Positions 63,233 through 64,000 of a DNA stretch of 64,000 bases are shown here, piece after piece; the stretch's first letter is position 1, and every line of letters starts with the position of its first letter. The notes under the pieces are model-generated. The model made no database searches. It was not told where the DNA came from and was given only the letters and a program-made list of their open reading frames with translations. This DNA is from Candidatus Levyibacteriota bacterium (lineage in GTDB: Bacteria; Patescibacteriota; Microgenomatia; Levybacterales; GWA1-39-11). The stretch spans positions 6,956 through 70,955 of the forward strand of contig JBCLLY010000004.1 in assembly GCA_039738415.1 (NCBI GenBank). The letters are read 5' to 3'. The position numbers were made by a program, and so were the translations under genes.

Positions 63233-63257
63233 GTAAATTGAGATAATTTAATTTCAA

Positions 63258-63295
63258 CAAAAAACCTCTCTGGAAATTAATCCAGAAAGGTTTTT
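63258..63295 (-). terminator. rho-independent (bidirectional-type) terminator of the RRM protein gene
   Basis: 9-position stem cctctctgg/ccagaaagg (8 bp, 1 mismatch) flanked by A6 and T6 runs, 18 nt downstream of the stop at 63313. Confidence 0.8.
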
Positions 63296-63312
63296 TCATT
63301 CAAACACTAATA

Positions 63313-63672
63313 TTAGTATCCACCTCCACGTCGGTCATCACGACCTCCGCGTCTGTCTCCACCTCTATTATCATCGCGTCTGAAACTTCCGCCGCCTGAG
63401 AAATTATTCTCTCTTGGCTGTTGTGGTCTTGCTTCTGAAACATTAATCGCACGTCCGTCTAAATCTTTACCATTTAACTCTTGCTTTGCTTTTTCAGCTT
63501 CTTCAGGAGTTGAAAATTCTACAAATCCGAATCCTTTTGACTTTCCAGTGTATTTATCAGAAATTACATTTGCCGAAACAACGCTTCCAACTGTTGAGAA
63601 AAATTCTCTCAATGTATCATCTGTCGTTCCCCATGCAAGACCTCCAACGAATAGTTTATTATTATTATCCAT
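63313..63672 (-). CDS. RRM-type RNA-binding protein with Arg/Gly-rich tail
   Basis: 119 aa. RNP-2 LFVGGL, RNP-1 KGFGFVEF, and an RGG-rich C-terminus. Strong SD ggaggtg 7 nt upstream of the ATG. Confidence 0.92.
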   Translation of the reverse strand: MDNNNKLFVGGLAWGTTDDTLREFFSTVGSVVSANVISDKYTGKSKGFGFVEFSTPEEAEKAKQELNGKDLDGRAINVSEARPQQPRENNFSGGGSFRRDDNRGGDRRGGRDDRRGGGY

Positions 63673-63840
63673 TTAATTTCACCTCCTTCTTATTAGTTGC
63701 TGTCGCTTAGAATTTTGGTGAAATCCATTAATAAATCTTTTGTGGGAATTATCTTTGGCAAGTTATCACTTATCTAAGAAGAACTAGCTATAAGTGTATT
63801 ATACAATACTAATGCAAAATTAGCTATAATAAGTTGTTCT

Positions 63841-64000
63841 ATGAACATAGGCAAAAAAATCATCTTAGCCTCAAATTCTCCACGGAGAAAAAGGCTCATG
63901 AAAGAGTCAGGCTATAAATTCACCATATACCCCAGTAATGCGGATGAAAACTCTGATGAGAAAAACCCTCACAAGTACACGATGCTCCTTTCAGAGAGGA
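63841..64000 (+). CDS. maf: Maf-like nucleoside-triphosphate pyrophosphatase, 5' partial (runs off the window)
   Basis: MNIGKKIILASNSPRRKRLMKESGY matches the Maf N-terminal (I)LAS.SPRR..LL motif. tataat (63825-63830) lies 10 nt upstream of the ATG. Confidence 0.7.
   Translation, partial: MNIGKKIILASNSPRRKRLMKESGYKFTIYPSNADENSDEKNPHKYTMLLSER

Noticed and set aside
62931-63299. 122-aa minus-strand ORF spanning the antiporter 5' end, the GC-rich island and the terminator
   Set aside because: It runs through a rho-independent terminator and overlaps the antiporter start out of frame. It is an artefact of the GC-rich island lacking stops.

Overview
AT-rich, gene-dense 64-kb bacterial window. All calls come from reading the sequence and ORF track by eye and recalling motifs; no searches were run. 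The gene content includes a 150-aa EF-Ts, a four-helix-bundle '23S IVS-type' protein, a DUF5652-like mini-protein, an RRM/RGG protein, very few metabolic genes and a large GT-C expansion. This looks like a Candidate Phyla Radiation / Patescibacteria-type genome (inference). There are three blocks. (1) 1-15.3 kb is housekeeping: glyA, rpsB-tsf, rseP-frr, recR, FKBP, trhO, NMNAT. It also holds a RayT-type transposase flanked by REP-like hairpins, a vWA protein, a CAP-domain protein, a Met/Pro/Gly repeat protein, and an operon of DUF1704 peptidase, Fem/GNAT-like protein and CofE-like ligase. (2) 15.4-52.8 kb is a ~37-kb, almost uninterrupted minus-strand glycosylation super-locus. It has 15 polytopic (mostly GT-C-like) membrane proteins in several tandem paralog families, 8 GT2, 2 GT4, galE, one complete and one truncated MOP flippase, and gene relics. 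(3) 52.9-64 kb holds two loci with the same odd architecture: promoter, then a 5' tRNA fragment carrying a structured insert, then a minimal GIY-YIG ORF, then an intact tRNA (Glu-CUC, Gln-CUG). The Gln locus is followed by two 114-bp tRNA-like tandem units with the same insert. This block also has a cyanophycin-synthetase-like ATP-grasp protein, Lon, a Pif1/RecD-like helicase, DUF1905, a CPA2 antiporter, an RRM protein and a partial maf. I saw no rRNA, CRISPR array or recognisable defence system. A recurrent feature is a -10 hexamer (often TGnTATAAT) 6-7 nt upstream of the ATG with no Shine-Dalgarno, which implies leaderless mRNAs. Several intergenic spacers are filled with 7-9-bp tandem repeats.
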